Made by a program: the position numbers and the translations under genes | Part shown: positions 40,205 through 53,496 of the stretch, one piece after another | Layout of the letters: every line of letters starts with the position of its first letter | How positions within the stretch are numbered: position 1 is the first letter of the stretch | The notes under the pieces: generated by a model | Seen by the model: only the letters and a program-made list of their open reading frames with translations | Databases searched by the model: none | Told to the model about the DNA's origin: nothing | Source of the DNA: Octopus sinensis | Taxonomy: Eukaryota | Reading direction: 5' to 3' | DNA: 64,000 nucleotides | NCBI RefSeq assembly: GCF_006345805.1 | Contig: NC_043017.1 | Span: 1,984,001 to 2,048,000 of the forward strand

Positions 40205-40586
40205 AGCACTCCGTCGGTTACGACGACGAGGATTCCGGTTGATCCGAATCAACGGAACAGCCTGCACGTGAAATTAACGTGTAAGTGGCTGAGCACTCCA
40301 CAGACACGTGTACCCTTAACTTAGTTCTCGGGGATATTCAGCGTGACACAAAGAGTGACAAGGCCGGCCCTTTGAAATACAAGGTACAACAGAAACAGGA
40401 AGTAAGAGTGAGAGAAAGTTGTGGTGAAAGAGTACATCAGGGATCACCACCACTCCCTGCCGGAGCCTCGTGGAGCTTTTAGGTGTTTTCGCACAATAAA
40501 CACTCACAACGCCTGGTCTGGGAATCGAAACCGCAATCCTACGACCGCGAGTCCGCTGCGCTAACCACTGGGCCACTGCGCCTCCA
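40205..40586 (-). mobile_element. SINE head/body type 2 plus tail X, full length
   Basis: Type 2 head; tail from ttgtaccttgtatttcaaagggcc to the hairpin-rich end ...cctcgtcgtcgtaaccgacggagtgc. Confidence 0.85.
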
Positions 40587-40846
40587 CTATATGAGTGGTA
40601 TGCATTTGGTAATGTACTTCCTCGTGTGTGTGGAACATAGGCATTTCGTGTTCATACATCAAATATAAATTTTTATTGGTGATTTTCTATATAAACAAAA
40701 TATTTTTCTTGAAGTTTTCTTCCCAAGCACAATGTTCCAGATTCACTCCTTGTGCGTGTCATGCGTCTTCTACGATAGCCTTGTGCCCACGATAGCCTTA
40801 GGCCTTGTAAATAGATTTGGTATATATTATGTATATATATATTATA

Positions 40847-41185
40847 GTCGCAGGAGTGGCTGTGTCGTAAGTAGCTTGCTTACCAGCCACATGGTTCAGG
40901 GTTCAAGTGTCTTCTGCTATAGCCTCGGGCCGACCAAAGCCTTGTGAGTGGATTAGGTAGGCGGAAACTGAATACAATGTCGTTGTATGTGTGTGTGTGT
41001 GTGTGTGTGGTGTGTGTGTGTGTGTGTTTGTCCAACATTTCTTGGCAACCGATGCTCGTGTGTTTAAGTCTCCGTAACTTAGCGGTTCAGCAAAAGGGAA
41101 CGATAGAATAAATAACAAGCTTACAAAGAATAACTCCTGGGTCGATTTACTCGACTAAAGGGGGTGCTCCACCTTGACCGCACTC
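40847..41185 (+). mobile_element. SINE family 1
   Basis: Colinear with other copies (cgcaggagtggctgtgtcgtaag...gaataactcctgggtcgatt). Confidence 0.8.
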
Positions 41186-41624
41186 AAATGACCGAAACAA
41201 AAGAATATATGTATATGTACGTATATATATATGCATGTATGTATATACATATGTATATATAATATTATATATATGTATGTATGTGTGTGAGTGTGCGTGT
41301 GTGTTTGTGTCAGTATTTGTCTTATCACCGCTTGACAACCGGTGTTGGTTCACTTACGCCACCGTTCCTTAGTCCTAATACAAAAAGCAGCTTCGTCTCC
41401 AAATGAAATAATTTAACTTCCCATTAACTTCCAATTCGTTGAAAAGTAAGGCAGTCAAACAATCAAACAAAAACTAAAAAAAATAAACATTTCTAAAAAA
41501 AAAAGCATATATGTGTGCTTAATATTTTGTTGCGTATTTTTAGTAGTAGATAAATGGAAGTTTCAGAGGCAAGTATGCTAGCAATCGTTTTTCAGATATC
41601 GATATCGATATCTATATATGCAAA

Positions 41625-41895
41625 GGCGAATGATTTTATTTATATTTCCACAGACCATTATTTATATTTATAATTTTAGAGATCAATATTTGTATTTGTA
41701 TATATATCAGCAGAGGCCAATAGATTTTATTTATATTTCAAGAGACCAATTTTTATATTTATAACTTTGGAGACCAATATTTTGATATTATCACGGACCA
41801 ATATTTGTATTTACATTATCTAACACGCATATTTATATTTATATTATCAAAGAGCAATATTTATATCTATATTACCATGGGTAAATATTTACATT
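41625..41895. repeat. Degenerate ~28-bp AT-rich minisatellite
   Basis: Recurring gagaccaatatttatatttatattatc-like units. Confidence 0.65.
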
Positions 41896-42047
41896 TGCTC
41901 GATACACAGTCATTGGTGTGTGATCATGCGGAAGCACCGCCTGGTGGTTGAGGTCGATGATTATCCAATCCGATACATATTGTATCGACCTCAGAATGTC
42001 AAGCAACTTACTCACTCTCCTCCTCTCTCTCTGTTATATATATATAG

Positions 42048-42129
<82 letters not shown>

Positions 42130-42710
42130 GCAGACATATGTATATATGTATGTACACATCCATCCTGCCACATTGATATTGATTTTATATTCAGTAGCAT
42201 GTCAACCATATTGATGTCACCTAACCGTGTTGAAATGCATTCGCTCCGTGACCTTAATACTTTTTCCACACCAATGAGTCCTGCTTAATGAACACGAAAA
42301 CTTCTCTGAATAACAGACTCGGATAGGGTTCATTGTTAAATAATACGAAGTATAATGCAAAAAAGTAAATTTGCCTATCGTTGATTGGTCTATGATGAGG
42401 CCTTCTAGCCCCCTATTGTCTAATGTATGTTCTCCTGAGCGTATTTTTCACTAAAAAGTCCTTTTCTCACTCGCAGTTAAAAAATCTGATGAGAACACAA
42501 ATTACTCTCTTTCATGAGATTACAAATTTCCTCTTAGCCTCTGTAGTTTAACTTGCCAGCGTCACTAGGTCTCACAACAATAGGAACACCAACCACCTTT
42601 TCAGTTATTCTAGCATACATCTGTTCGGTAGTTATTACTGATACTAAGAGCAGCACTCTCTAGCCATTTATAGATGCATTTAGCATTATCTGAAAAAAAA
42701 AAGAAATTAT

Positions 42711-42871
42711 GTGCTGGAGTGGCTCTGTGGTAAGTAGTTTGCTTACCAACCACATGGTTCTGGGTTCATTCCCACTGCGTAGCACACTGGGCATGTTTTT
42801 TTACTATAGCCTCGGGTCGACCAAAGCCTTGAGTGGATTTGGTAGACGAAAACTGAAAGAAGCCCGTCGTA

Positions 42872-42904
<33 letters not shown>

Positions 42905-43100
42905 GCATATGTGTGTATATGCTTGTGTGTCTGTGTTTGTCACCCCCCACCCAACATCGCTTGACAACCGATGCTGGTGTGTTTACATCCCCGTACCTTG
43001 GCGGTTGGCGAAAAAGACCGTAAGAATAAGTACTAGACTTACAAAGAATAAGTCCTGGGGTCGATTTGCTCGAGTAAAGGCGGTGCTCCAGCATGTCCGA
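42711..43100 (+). mobile_element. SINE family 1, full length
   Basis: Colinear with other copies. Confidence 0.85.
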
Positions 43101-43204
43101 GCGCAGACCACCACTGGACCATTTGTATGGACTATGTATGTATGTATGTATGTATATGTATATATATATATACACATAATTCAGATTTAAAGAAAACATG
43201 TAGG

Positions 43205-43315
43205 TGTATTAGTTTAACTCTCATCAAGAAAGGAAACGGCTTTTACGTTTCCCTCTTCGACAGAAAGGATTCAGAATGAACACGGAGAGAGAATGAAAGA
43301 AAAGGGAGAGAAAAT
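43205..43315 (-). mobile_element. Hammerhead cassette copy with collapsed stem II
   Basis: cttt-CTGTCGA-a-gagg-GAAA-cg-T-a-aaag at 43240-43267; flanks resemble the 4.9 and 16.4 kb copies. Confidence 0.5.
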
Positions 43316-43671
43316 ATATATATATATATATCCATATATATTGTAGACGTATACAGGCATAATACAACGGGTATTTGTGCGAAGACGCTGAAGCTGTGGA
43401 GATTATTTTGTTAATCTCCATTGCTTCTGAAAATAGAAGCAGTTTTGTATTTCTTAGGTGAATGCCTGCAAACATAATACAGTGAGTAAAACCTGTCAAC
43501 AATGCTGTCTCACTTCGAGATACTGCTGCACGTAGTAACGACACATCAATGGACTTAATCTAAGAAATCATATTTAGCGGCGGCTTTTAATCCGGCATAT
43601 ACAAAAATACACGTACACAATTGACACACAACACTCAATTACGCACACTCACATATACACAAACACACACA

Positions 43672-43745
<74 letters not shown>

Positions 43746-43929
43746 GATGGAAAATACATATTTGGGATTTTACGCCATTGAAAAAAAGAATTAATTGACA
43801 GGATTATGTAGTTTGTTGCTGATAAATTTATACAATCTAACATTTATACAAGTATACAGGTAGGAATATAAATGTGTGTGTGTGTGTGTGCGTGTGGGTG
43901 TAAGTATGTATGTATGTATATATGTATGT

Positions 43930-44175
43930 ATGTATTCGCATACTTATCTATACACGCATTTGTGTGCACTTGTGAATGTATGTATGTATGTATGTATTCG
44001 CATACTTATATATACACGCATTTATGTGCACTTGTGAATGTATGTGTGTATGTACGTATGTGTGTATTCGCATACTTATATATACACTCATTTATGTGCA
44101 CTTGTGAATGTATGTATGTATGTATGTATTCGCATGCTTATATATACACGCATTTGTGTGCACTTGTGAATGCAT
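43930..44175. repeat. Minisatellite, 4 units of 62-70 bp
   Basis: gtattcgcatacttatatatacacgcattt(a/g)tgtgcacttgtgaatg repeats at ~43932, 43994, 44064 and 44126. Confidence 0.9.
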
Positions 44176-44292
44176 GTATGTGGTTATTTCAAATAAACAG
44201 ACAAATAAAAAAAAACAAATAAATAACGAAACCAACTAACCTGATGACGGGTACAAGAAATGAATTAGCTTGGCGCTTGGTGAAAGAAGAGA

Positions 44293-44327
44293 GTTTGATG
44301 TTTCGAGCATAGCTCTTCATCGAATAG
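44293..44327 (-). ncRNA. Degenerate hammerhead motif
   Basis: ctat-TCGATGA-a-gagc-tat-gctc-GAAA-ca-T-c-aaac, followed by tttcaccaagcgccaagctaa, which resembles the family's ttcctgagcgccatactaa. Confidence 0.5.
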
Positions 44328-46021
44328 AAGAAAGGGAAAATTCCAAAGAAGGAAAATATGTCACTCACGGCACATGGGTAGTTACACCTTGCTGTATGTA
44401 TGTATGCATGTATGTATGTATATGTGTATGTATCAAAAGGATGTGTTATAATATTATTCCAAAGCCATAGCAACAGTCCAATAATACTATTCCACATATA
44501 CAGAAACAGCGATACCAGCCATCCAGCATACCTTCATCAACAAGTGCCCCACGGATGTCATTGTGTATGTATGCACGTATTAGAAATCGATTGCGAAAAT
44601 AATTCTTGAACAATTGTTTTTTTAACTAGAGATATCTGTGAATACGAAACCAGACACAGAGTCAGACCTCAGTGCTAAGACTCATATTAAAAGTAAAACT
44701 ATTACTAAATTGTTATGTCACAGGTTCGGATGCCTTCTACTCATCTTGACTCCTCTCTTACTCTGTTTCTTTATTATCCACAAGGGCTCAAACATAGAGG
44801 GGGGCAAACAAGGACAGACAGGACACTTACTCTTTATTTTTCCTTTTTTTCCCTCCTTTTTATTTTTCTTTTCTTTTTTCCTGTCGCTTTGACATACTTA
44901 TTTACTTTTAGTGATATTTCATTAGTGGTTCGATATCTATTAAATCCACTACTGGCGGCAATTCTTTGAATTCCACCGTTATGGGTCGATGTTATCTCCA
45001 CACATTTCTTGTAGTCTTTTATAACTTTGCTCTTCAATTACTATCGCCTTCATGTCCTCTGCATATATGTATGCTGGTAACCTTACTCTTACTATTTGGT
45101 TGAACTTGAGTATTTTCTTCTCTGTTTCAATATTCTTCGGGTAGGTTACGCAATACCATACACCGTTCCCTTTAATTTTTGCCCGTTATTTTGGCCTTTC
45201 TGTTCTCTCGGTTTCTTTATTAGCCACGAGGGCCCAAACATAGAGGGGGACAAACAAGAACAGACAGGACACCACAGAGGGGACAATACGTAGAACGGAT
45301 ATGATGAGATGGTTATACAACAATGGGGTTATGAGTGGCTGCATGCGCCCCTCATCACATGCATTACCATTAATCTTTTTAAACTGTCCGTTTTTATCAT
45401 ATATTTAACTAACAATCAATTATCGTCTACCATTACAGTTATTTGAACCGTTATATACGTTCTCTAAAAATGTTCTTCTATTTTCCGATATTATTAAACA
45501 TAACATAAAACAATTACTCTTTCTTTTTTCTGTTTTTTTGTCCCTCCTCTTTCTTTTTCGTTTCTTTTTTCCTGTCGCTTTGACATACTAATTTTTTAGT
45601 AATATTTCATTAGTGGTTCGATTTCTACTAAATCTACTACTGGTGGCAATTCTTTGAATTCCTCCCTTATTCCTAATGGGTCGATGTTATCTCCGCTGTG
45701 CTCGACACGTCCAGCGTCTAGGCTTCTCCCGCTAGATTTTCGTATTGGGCTAGTCTACTTCATCGTCTGGGGGCGTCCACACAACATTAAAAATATTAAA
45801 GTAAACGAAACAGATCGCGATTGACATAAATTTGATATTCATTATACAACGTCTTTGCCAGTAGAGATACGACCATGTCCCTTCAACGCAGTAATATCGT
45901 AACATGCCATCTGACTTCAACTGAAAGGATGAAATGGCTACTGTAAGTAATTTAAAGCTTATATAAACAAACCAGTGAAACAATGCCAAAAGATGACAAA
46001 CGATGCCGAAACAAGACTCCC

Positions 46022-46052
<31 letters not shown>

Positions 46053-46317
46053 ATGTGTGTGTATGTATATACATACATATATATATATATGTGTGTGTGT
46101 GTGTATATATACATATATGCATATATATACATATATATATATGTATGTATATATTTATATATACATATATATACATATATATATGTATATATATACATAA
46201 ATTCATACATATATATGTATGTATATATATATGCATATATATATGTATGTATATATATACACACACTTATATTCATATACATACTCACATAAATGTATAT
46301 GTATATATAAATGCGTC

Positions 46318-46388
<71 letters not shown>

Positions 46389-47739
46389 ATACATATTTGC
46401 AGACTTATTCATGAGCATGTGTTCGCACACATATAAGACGGATGTGACACACAGATAGACACAAGTAGATATTAGTGTCTATGTATGTGTGCATCCGATA
46501 TTAATATTGCAGTTTGCTGCAAGCGTATAACAGCTCTGGATTAGTAACATCATATTGGCGCTTAACACAGCACAGAAAAATAGCTCTTCCATCGCTATCT
46601 CGTAATCATTATTGTGCACTGCTTCCATATTGCTGTTTAAGTGATATTAGTTTTAAACTCGCACACTTCAATTTAGATATCGAAATCTATTAGAAGGAAA
46701 GCGATAAATAAATATATGTAAAATGTATTAAATATGATTACCCATTAGAAATATGGAGCATGGAGACATGGGTATAGCATTTTATAAAACCATCGATATC
46801 ATTGGATTATATAAATGCATCTGATATTAAATTGAGGCGAGAACATATTACTTAGTGACATTTCACTTAGGAAATATCATTTGCTGACAGTCAAGTCGGA
46901 AATGGTGAATTCATTGAGTTGCCAGCTTGCTCCAACGTATTTATTCCTGTGCGTAACTCGTTTATAACGTTCTTATCACTATGTCTCTACAACAAATTCT
47001 CAACCTTCCGTTTCATTTTCTAGATGAGAATAACCAAATAGAGGTACGACTTCTTTCAGAAGAGATGAACAAACGGCGAAAAGGTTTGTCAGATTTCCTC
47101 CATAATATTGAAAGAAAATGTGTCCACATTGTTATAATTTCCTTTTCCGGTTCGGATTTTTAATATGGAACTAAAACTCAGTCTTTCTCCTTCACTCTGT
47201 GTTCTGCATAAAGTATGCCCTCGATTTGCGAATGTAATTCGAATCTGAAGGCCGTTTGACACCCGAAATGTTCATAAACTGAAGCTATTTTTACCATACA
47301 AATTTAAGAGAAGGCATAGCAAAATTCGCGCAAGGATCTACACAGAACGGAATCTAGACAGTAACAGACGCGCAAGCCATCCTAGCTTGTCGCCAACTGT
47401 TGTTACTGGCTTGCATGTTCGTTACTAGAGACACAGTCTGTCACCCGAGACGTTTTACGTTCAAAAAATTGTTCGTAAACCGATTTGTTCATTCTTTATG
47501 GGAAGCACTCATAAATCGAGGTCCCCCAGTAAACTGTTTAATAAATGGCTCACCGTCAAAAGCATGGATATTTGACGGGTATTTGTCCTCGTCTAGGTTC
47601 GAAATTTCCACAAGACACCTGATGCCAAAACGTTGTGTTGACAACAAACAAAATGAGAGCAAATATCCGTCTAATGTAAATAATGTACATAATTCCTCAT
47701 CTCTTAAATTCAGAAGTGTATTATAAGTATGATATTTAC

Positions 47740-47814
47740 TTAAGGACGATTCCCTGCCCTTGTTCAAGTGGAGGACAAATACAGATACACAGATGTACAC
47801 ACACACACACACAC

Positions 47815-47884
<70 letters not shown>

Positions 47885-48048
47885 TACGACAGGCTTCTTT
47901 CAGTTTCCTTCTTCCAAATCCCCTCACAAGGCTTTGGTCAGCCCGAGGCTATAGTAGAAAACACTTGCCCAAGGTGACACGCAGTGGGACTGAACCCGGA
48001 ACCATGTGGTGGTTCGTAAGCAAGCTAATTACCACACACCCACTCCTA
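47740..48048 (-). mobile_element. SINE family 1 (3'-incomplete)
   Basis: Reverse complement of the head, CORE-like body and internal microsatellite. Confidence 0.8.
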
Positions 48049-48680
48049 TATATCATATATTCACATACTTGTGCATAAAACCTCTTGATTAATGAAGATA
48101 AGTTAATAAAATTGTTAACATAATAAATGTCGTTAGAATACAATGTGTCCTCGTTTACGACAAGAGTAGGAATTGATTGGTATTTCTAGCAAATCAGGCA
48201 AGCACATCATGGCTCTCTCTCACACACACACACACACTCTCTCTCCTTCTCTCTCTCTCTCTCTCTCTCTCTCAGTCTCGCTATCTCTTAAGTTATCCAG
48301 TAATCAAATATTGTTTAATTAATAACCGAGATCAATGGCAATGCTATTAGATTATTAGAAATAGATCATAAATTCTGCAAAACCGTTTGATAAATCTATT
48401 TTCAATAAATCAATTACGAACAGACATAATATTGTAAATAATATCATGATTATAAAGACTGGAAACAGAAGATATTATTAGTCGAATAATAATATAAATA
48501 TGCTAATACATTAGTGTTGCATTATATTAATAAAGTGATGAATTGTCCGAGTCGTTACAACGTCGCATAGAAGGCGTTATGCTGTGCGCTCCAGTTGACA
48601 TTGCGTCGCTTTCGAATACTTACGAGCGGTAGATTATATTTTAACATTACTCCTTGATAATTAACAGACCCGTCAAATAT

Positions 48681-48904
48681 TGGTTTCAAATTTTAGCACA
48701 ATGCCAGCAAGTTTGTTGAGAGGCTATGGGGAACTGGTCGACCTCATCGATACCAGAGTTCAACTGGTAATTATTTTATCGACCCCGAAATATAGAACGG
48801 CAAAACTGACTCCGGCGGCATCTGAAGTCAGAACGTAAAGACGGACAAAACGCCGCAAAGAATTTCGTCCGGTTTGCAGACGAATTCTGCCAGCGCACCG
48901 CCTT
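48681..48904 (-). mobile_element. tRNA-like SINE family 4 with a 16-bp target-site duplication
   Basis: cagacccgtcaaatat at 48665-48680 and 48905-48920 flanks the copy; B-box-like gacttcagatgcc (family consensus gagttcaaattcc). Confidence 0.85.
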
Positions 48905-49273
48905 CAGACCCGTCAAATATCACAAAACGATTTCGACCTGACTTTTCTTTCATTCTTAAGATAGGTTTTTTTTCAGAAGAAAGAAGGGTCAGGATTGAGA
49001 AGGGTCGACCGCTATTATGTCGATTGATCCAAAAGTTTGAAACTCTAAGCGAGTGTCTATTAATGTCTTCGCAACTAAAAAACCTTAGCATGTTACTTGA
49101 CCCCACAATGCCACAATATTATGAAGGAAAGAACGGAGCTAATATTGACATAAGAAACATACACACACACACACATACATACAGGTGCGTCACATATTTA
49201 TATAAGTCTTGAGCCTAAAAAAAAAAACAAGGTACAAGACTTTAAGGGTCAAAACCTTTCATACACACCTCGT

Positions 49274-49308
49274 ATTTCTGACGAAGGGCTGCGCTCGAAA
49301 CGTGAAAT
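49274..49308 (+). ncRNA. Minimal type I hammerhead-ribozyme motif (Penelope-type) with canonical CUGACGA core
   Basis: attt-CTGACGA-a-gggc-tgc-gctc-GAAA-cg-T-g-aaat: stem I AUUU/AAAU, stem II GGGC/GCUC, palindromic ACGU stem III. Position 17 is G, so this copy is probably inactive. Confidence 0.65.
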
Positions 49309-49405
49309 CCTCCTTCTTTCTTTCCTTTCCTGTTTTTCTGTGTTTTCTCTTTGCTCATGTTTGGATTAACTATGTATATATACAGAGAGAGAGAGATAGA
49401 TGGAC

Positions 49406-49546
<141 letters not shown>

Positions 49547-49559
49547 TGATCATGGGATC

Positions 49560-49812
49560 ATGGTATCGACCAGACTGTCGGATGTTGTTATACAACGCTG
49601 GTCACAATGCACATTCGCATTGTTTTAGTATTCGAATGACGCCACCATTCTGTCAAAGCGGGCAGGCTAACATTACTCCTGATTGAAAGGGTAGTCCATC
49701 GCGGGGCCACCGATGTACAGTTGAGTGGACTGGAGCGATGTCAAATAAAGGGTCTTGCTCATGAACACAACGAGCAGCTGGTCTGTGAATCGAAACCACG
49801 ACCTCAAGATGT
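49560..49812 (-). mobile_element. SINE body type 3 plus tail Y
   Basis: Reverse complement reads ggtttcgattcacagacc, ttgtgttcatgagcaagaccctttatt, ctccagtccactcaactg, then tail Y. Confidence 0.75.
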
Positions 49813-50021
49813 AAACACAAGGGCACACAGTTTCACACATATATACGTATATACGTTGATTTCAGATATTCGGTAGAAAGCAACTAATTTGGTGGGGGGG
49901 GAGGTTGATTACCAACTGGCATTTTATCGACCCCGAAGGGATGAAAAGTCAACGCCAGTGGTATTTGAACTCAGAACATGAAATACTGCTAAGCATTTTC
50001 CCCGGCGTCTTAATGAATCTG

Positions 50022-50090
<69 letters not shown>

Positions 50091-50384
50091 TCTTTACATA
50101 TATATAGTATATGTATATATATATATGAATTTAATGCCCATCTGCCCTCGTCAATGAGTGTAAATGTGTGTTTGAGTTTCGAGCGTATGTGCGTGTGCGT
50201 ATATATGTGTTTTTGAGTGTGTGTGTGTGTGCGTGTATTCATCTATACATGTATTTATATATATGTTTACACGCATTATTATCTACATTCATCTTAACAC
50301 ACACACACACGCACACACACACCACACACACATAATATACGCATAATCAGATATACATATATATGTATATAACAGCACACCCAT

Positions 50385-51050
50385 ATAATATGCTCATATA
50401 TAATATGTTTAAATATATTTGATTGATTTATATACCTATACAGATATGTAAATATATATAATTATATACACACACAGAAATATATATGCATATAGACAAC
50501 GCACACATATATGTATATAGACACACACGCATACAATATGCTCATATACAATATGTTTAAACATATGTGATTGGATATATAGTTATACAAATATATAAAT
50601 ACGTATAATTATATTCACACACATAAATATATATACACACACACATATATGTATATATACACACATGCATACAATATGCTCATATACAATATGTTTAAAC
50701 ATATGTGATTGGATATATACTTATACAAATATATAAATATGTATAATTATATTCACACACATAAATACACACACACACACACATATATTTATATATACAC
50801 ACACGCACACAATATGATCATATACAATAAGTTTAAATATATGTGATTGGCTATATACTTATAGAAATATATAAATATGTATAATTATATTCACACCCAT
50901 ATATATATATATACACACACATATGTATATATACACACACGCATACAATATGATCATATACAATAAGTTTAAATATATGTGATTGGCTATATACTTATAC
51001 AAATATATAAATATGTATAATTATATTCACACACATTAATATATATACAC
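50385..51050. repeat. Minisatellite, 5 units of ~137-148 bp
   Basis: caatatg(c/a)tcatatacaata(t/a)gtttaaa...gattgg...tataattatattcacac recurs at ~50387, 50534, 50672, 50810 and 50946. Confidence 0.9.
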
Positions 51051-51052
51051 AC

Positions 51053-51114
<62 letters not shown>

Positions 51115-51407
51115 GCATATAAACGCTCAGACACTCTCACCTAACTTGCATATGTGTATGCGTATTTGAAAGACACGCAGCTAGAAAGATTGTTAGATAA
51201 ATAGACTATTTTATAATCATGTTTGTCTGTCAGCTCGTGTCATTAACTTTACGAAACACACACACACACAATGAGAGAAAGAGAAAGAGAGAGCAATACA
51301 CAGAGATACACATGAACATATATACAAGCACTCACACACACATACAGATCAAGCGTGTATGTATATTGGTATCAGTTTGTGAGCAGGTGAATGCGTGTGC
51401 AGCTTTA

Positions 51408-51476
<69 letters not shown>

Positions 51477-52693
51477 ATGTATTTCTGTTTCATTGCTTTG
51501 GTTTACATTAAAGTAATTATGAGACTGTTGTCGTGAATTCGAACTGATTTTGATAGCGAGCTCTGATACAGTTCAGAAGTTATTAACTAGAGCTGGGTAA
51601 TTATAAAACATGGCTAACTTTCCTTTTATAGTCTTTGATGACGGTCTGCTTCAGTAATTTACTGCACGAACTGCTTTCTCTCTGATGGTGCTCTCGGTTT
51701 ATAATCCTTCATTAAATCCACTATTTATCGAACATGTTTAATGGATTGTAAAGCGCCGAACATAGTGAATGCTCAGTGTCTAGATGAAGATATTATTCTC
51801 AATCAATTCATCTATTAGATATAAATTTCTCACTTCTGCCCACGTCACTTGATCTTGACGACACGTCGTTGTGTTCTCAGACAAGAGCATTTCCCTTCGG
51901 AAGTACAACAATGGACAGCAACGGAATCAAAACAGAAACTTAGATAACACACACACACACATACACACAACCACACACACTCACACACAGGCACGCGCCC
52001 ACACACACTCACTCTTACACACTTACAGACAGAAAACCACACGCAAACACACACACACACACATGTGCGTACATACATGCACGAACACGGAACTTCCATG
52101 TCTGACCTTCAACTGAAAACCAGCTCTACGTTCACCACTACAGCTACCATACCAACCTACCCACAACCATCCACCCACCGACCTAAACACTGCTATTCTC
52201 ATCTGTTCAGTTGGCCATCAATTTAATCTTTAAAAGAATTCTAATGTTTGACTCTTAGAAATACTTTCAAGCAATCAATTAATAAGGAATCATTCATCTT
52301 AAGTATAATTCACATCATTGATTCATTCTCATAGTGTGGCTTGTTGCTGTTATTCAGACATCACCGTCCTTTCCGCAAATTCACGACACTCACGCATGCG
52401 TGATTCTGTCTTTCGCGATCTGTCTTGTTTTCTAAAAACACGGCTGGGCTGGAGGCTGGCTAATTACAGGCGTTTATATATTTATACAAGTATGTATCTT
52501 GGAGTGGGTGTGTGTGTGTGTGTGTGTGAGTGTATGCGTGTGCGCGCACGCCAGTGTGTGTGTATGTTTGTATTTATATATATATATACAGACACACACA
52601 CACACTCACATATATATATTTAAATGAATGAACGAATATATACGTATATATATGTGTGTGTGTGTGTACGCGTGTCTGTGTGTGAGAGAATAA

Positions 52694-52731
<38 letters not shown>

Positions 52732-53461
52732 GTGTGTGTGTGTGTATGTATGGATGTATGTATGCACGCACACACACACATATATATATATGAATGCATA
52801 CTTATATATATATATATATATGAATGCACATATATATATATATATATAAATGTACATGCATATATATGTATGTATATATATATATATATGTATGCATACA
52901 AAAATATATATATACATGTATATGAATGTATATACATATATGTGTGTGTGTGTGTGCGTGCGAGTGTGAGTATGTGTGTGTCAGTATGTTCGTATGTATA
53001 TATATATATATATATATAATATGTGGCTATCTTTGTCAACCTCTCCTTACTCTAGCTCCTATCCTATTGTGTCCAGCAGTCTCAATTCTTTACTCACTCC
53101 CTTCAACTCATCACGTATTTACTGCTCGAATTATATATTTACGAGTTCACGCAGGAAATACCGTTGTCGCGTTAATGTGATGACTGCTGCTATCTAATCA
53201 ACCGACCCAATGGAAACACGATTTCAGATCTTTCCTTTTTTGAAACGAACTCTTCAAATTGCCATCTGTCTTATCAGATGCATCTTAATTTCCTACCAAT
53301 GGTTTCTCTTCGTGCCTTCCATTGTCTGTCTCTGTTATGGTTAATATATATTCCTACGTTAGTGTATGTATTAATGTTTATGTTATGTGATTTGACCTCG
53401 TGTGTACCGTTGGCGATTTTCTTCCTCTGTCTTCCCTTCTCTGGATCTTTCCTTCTCCTAT

Positions 53462-53496
53462 GTTTCCGACGAAAATATCCGCTCGAAACGTTAAAC
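53462..53496 (+). ncRNA. Degenerate hammerhead motif, same cassette family as 49274
   Basis: gttt-CCGACGA-a-aatatcc-gctc-GAAA-cg-T-t-aaac; downstream cctccttctttcc...tgtttggattaact shared with the 49.3 kb copy. Confidence 0.5.

Noticed and set aside
43930-44175. CRISPR-like repeat-spacer array
   Set aside because: The spacers are TATG microsatellite variants, not unique sequences, in a eukaryotic context; this is an ordinary minisatellite.
45750-45960. LKSDGMLRYY, reminiscent of a PH-domain strand
   Set aside because: The preceding WxxRxF and following residues do not fit, and there is no good donor site.
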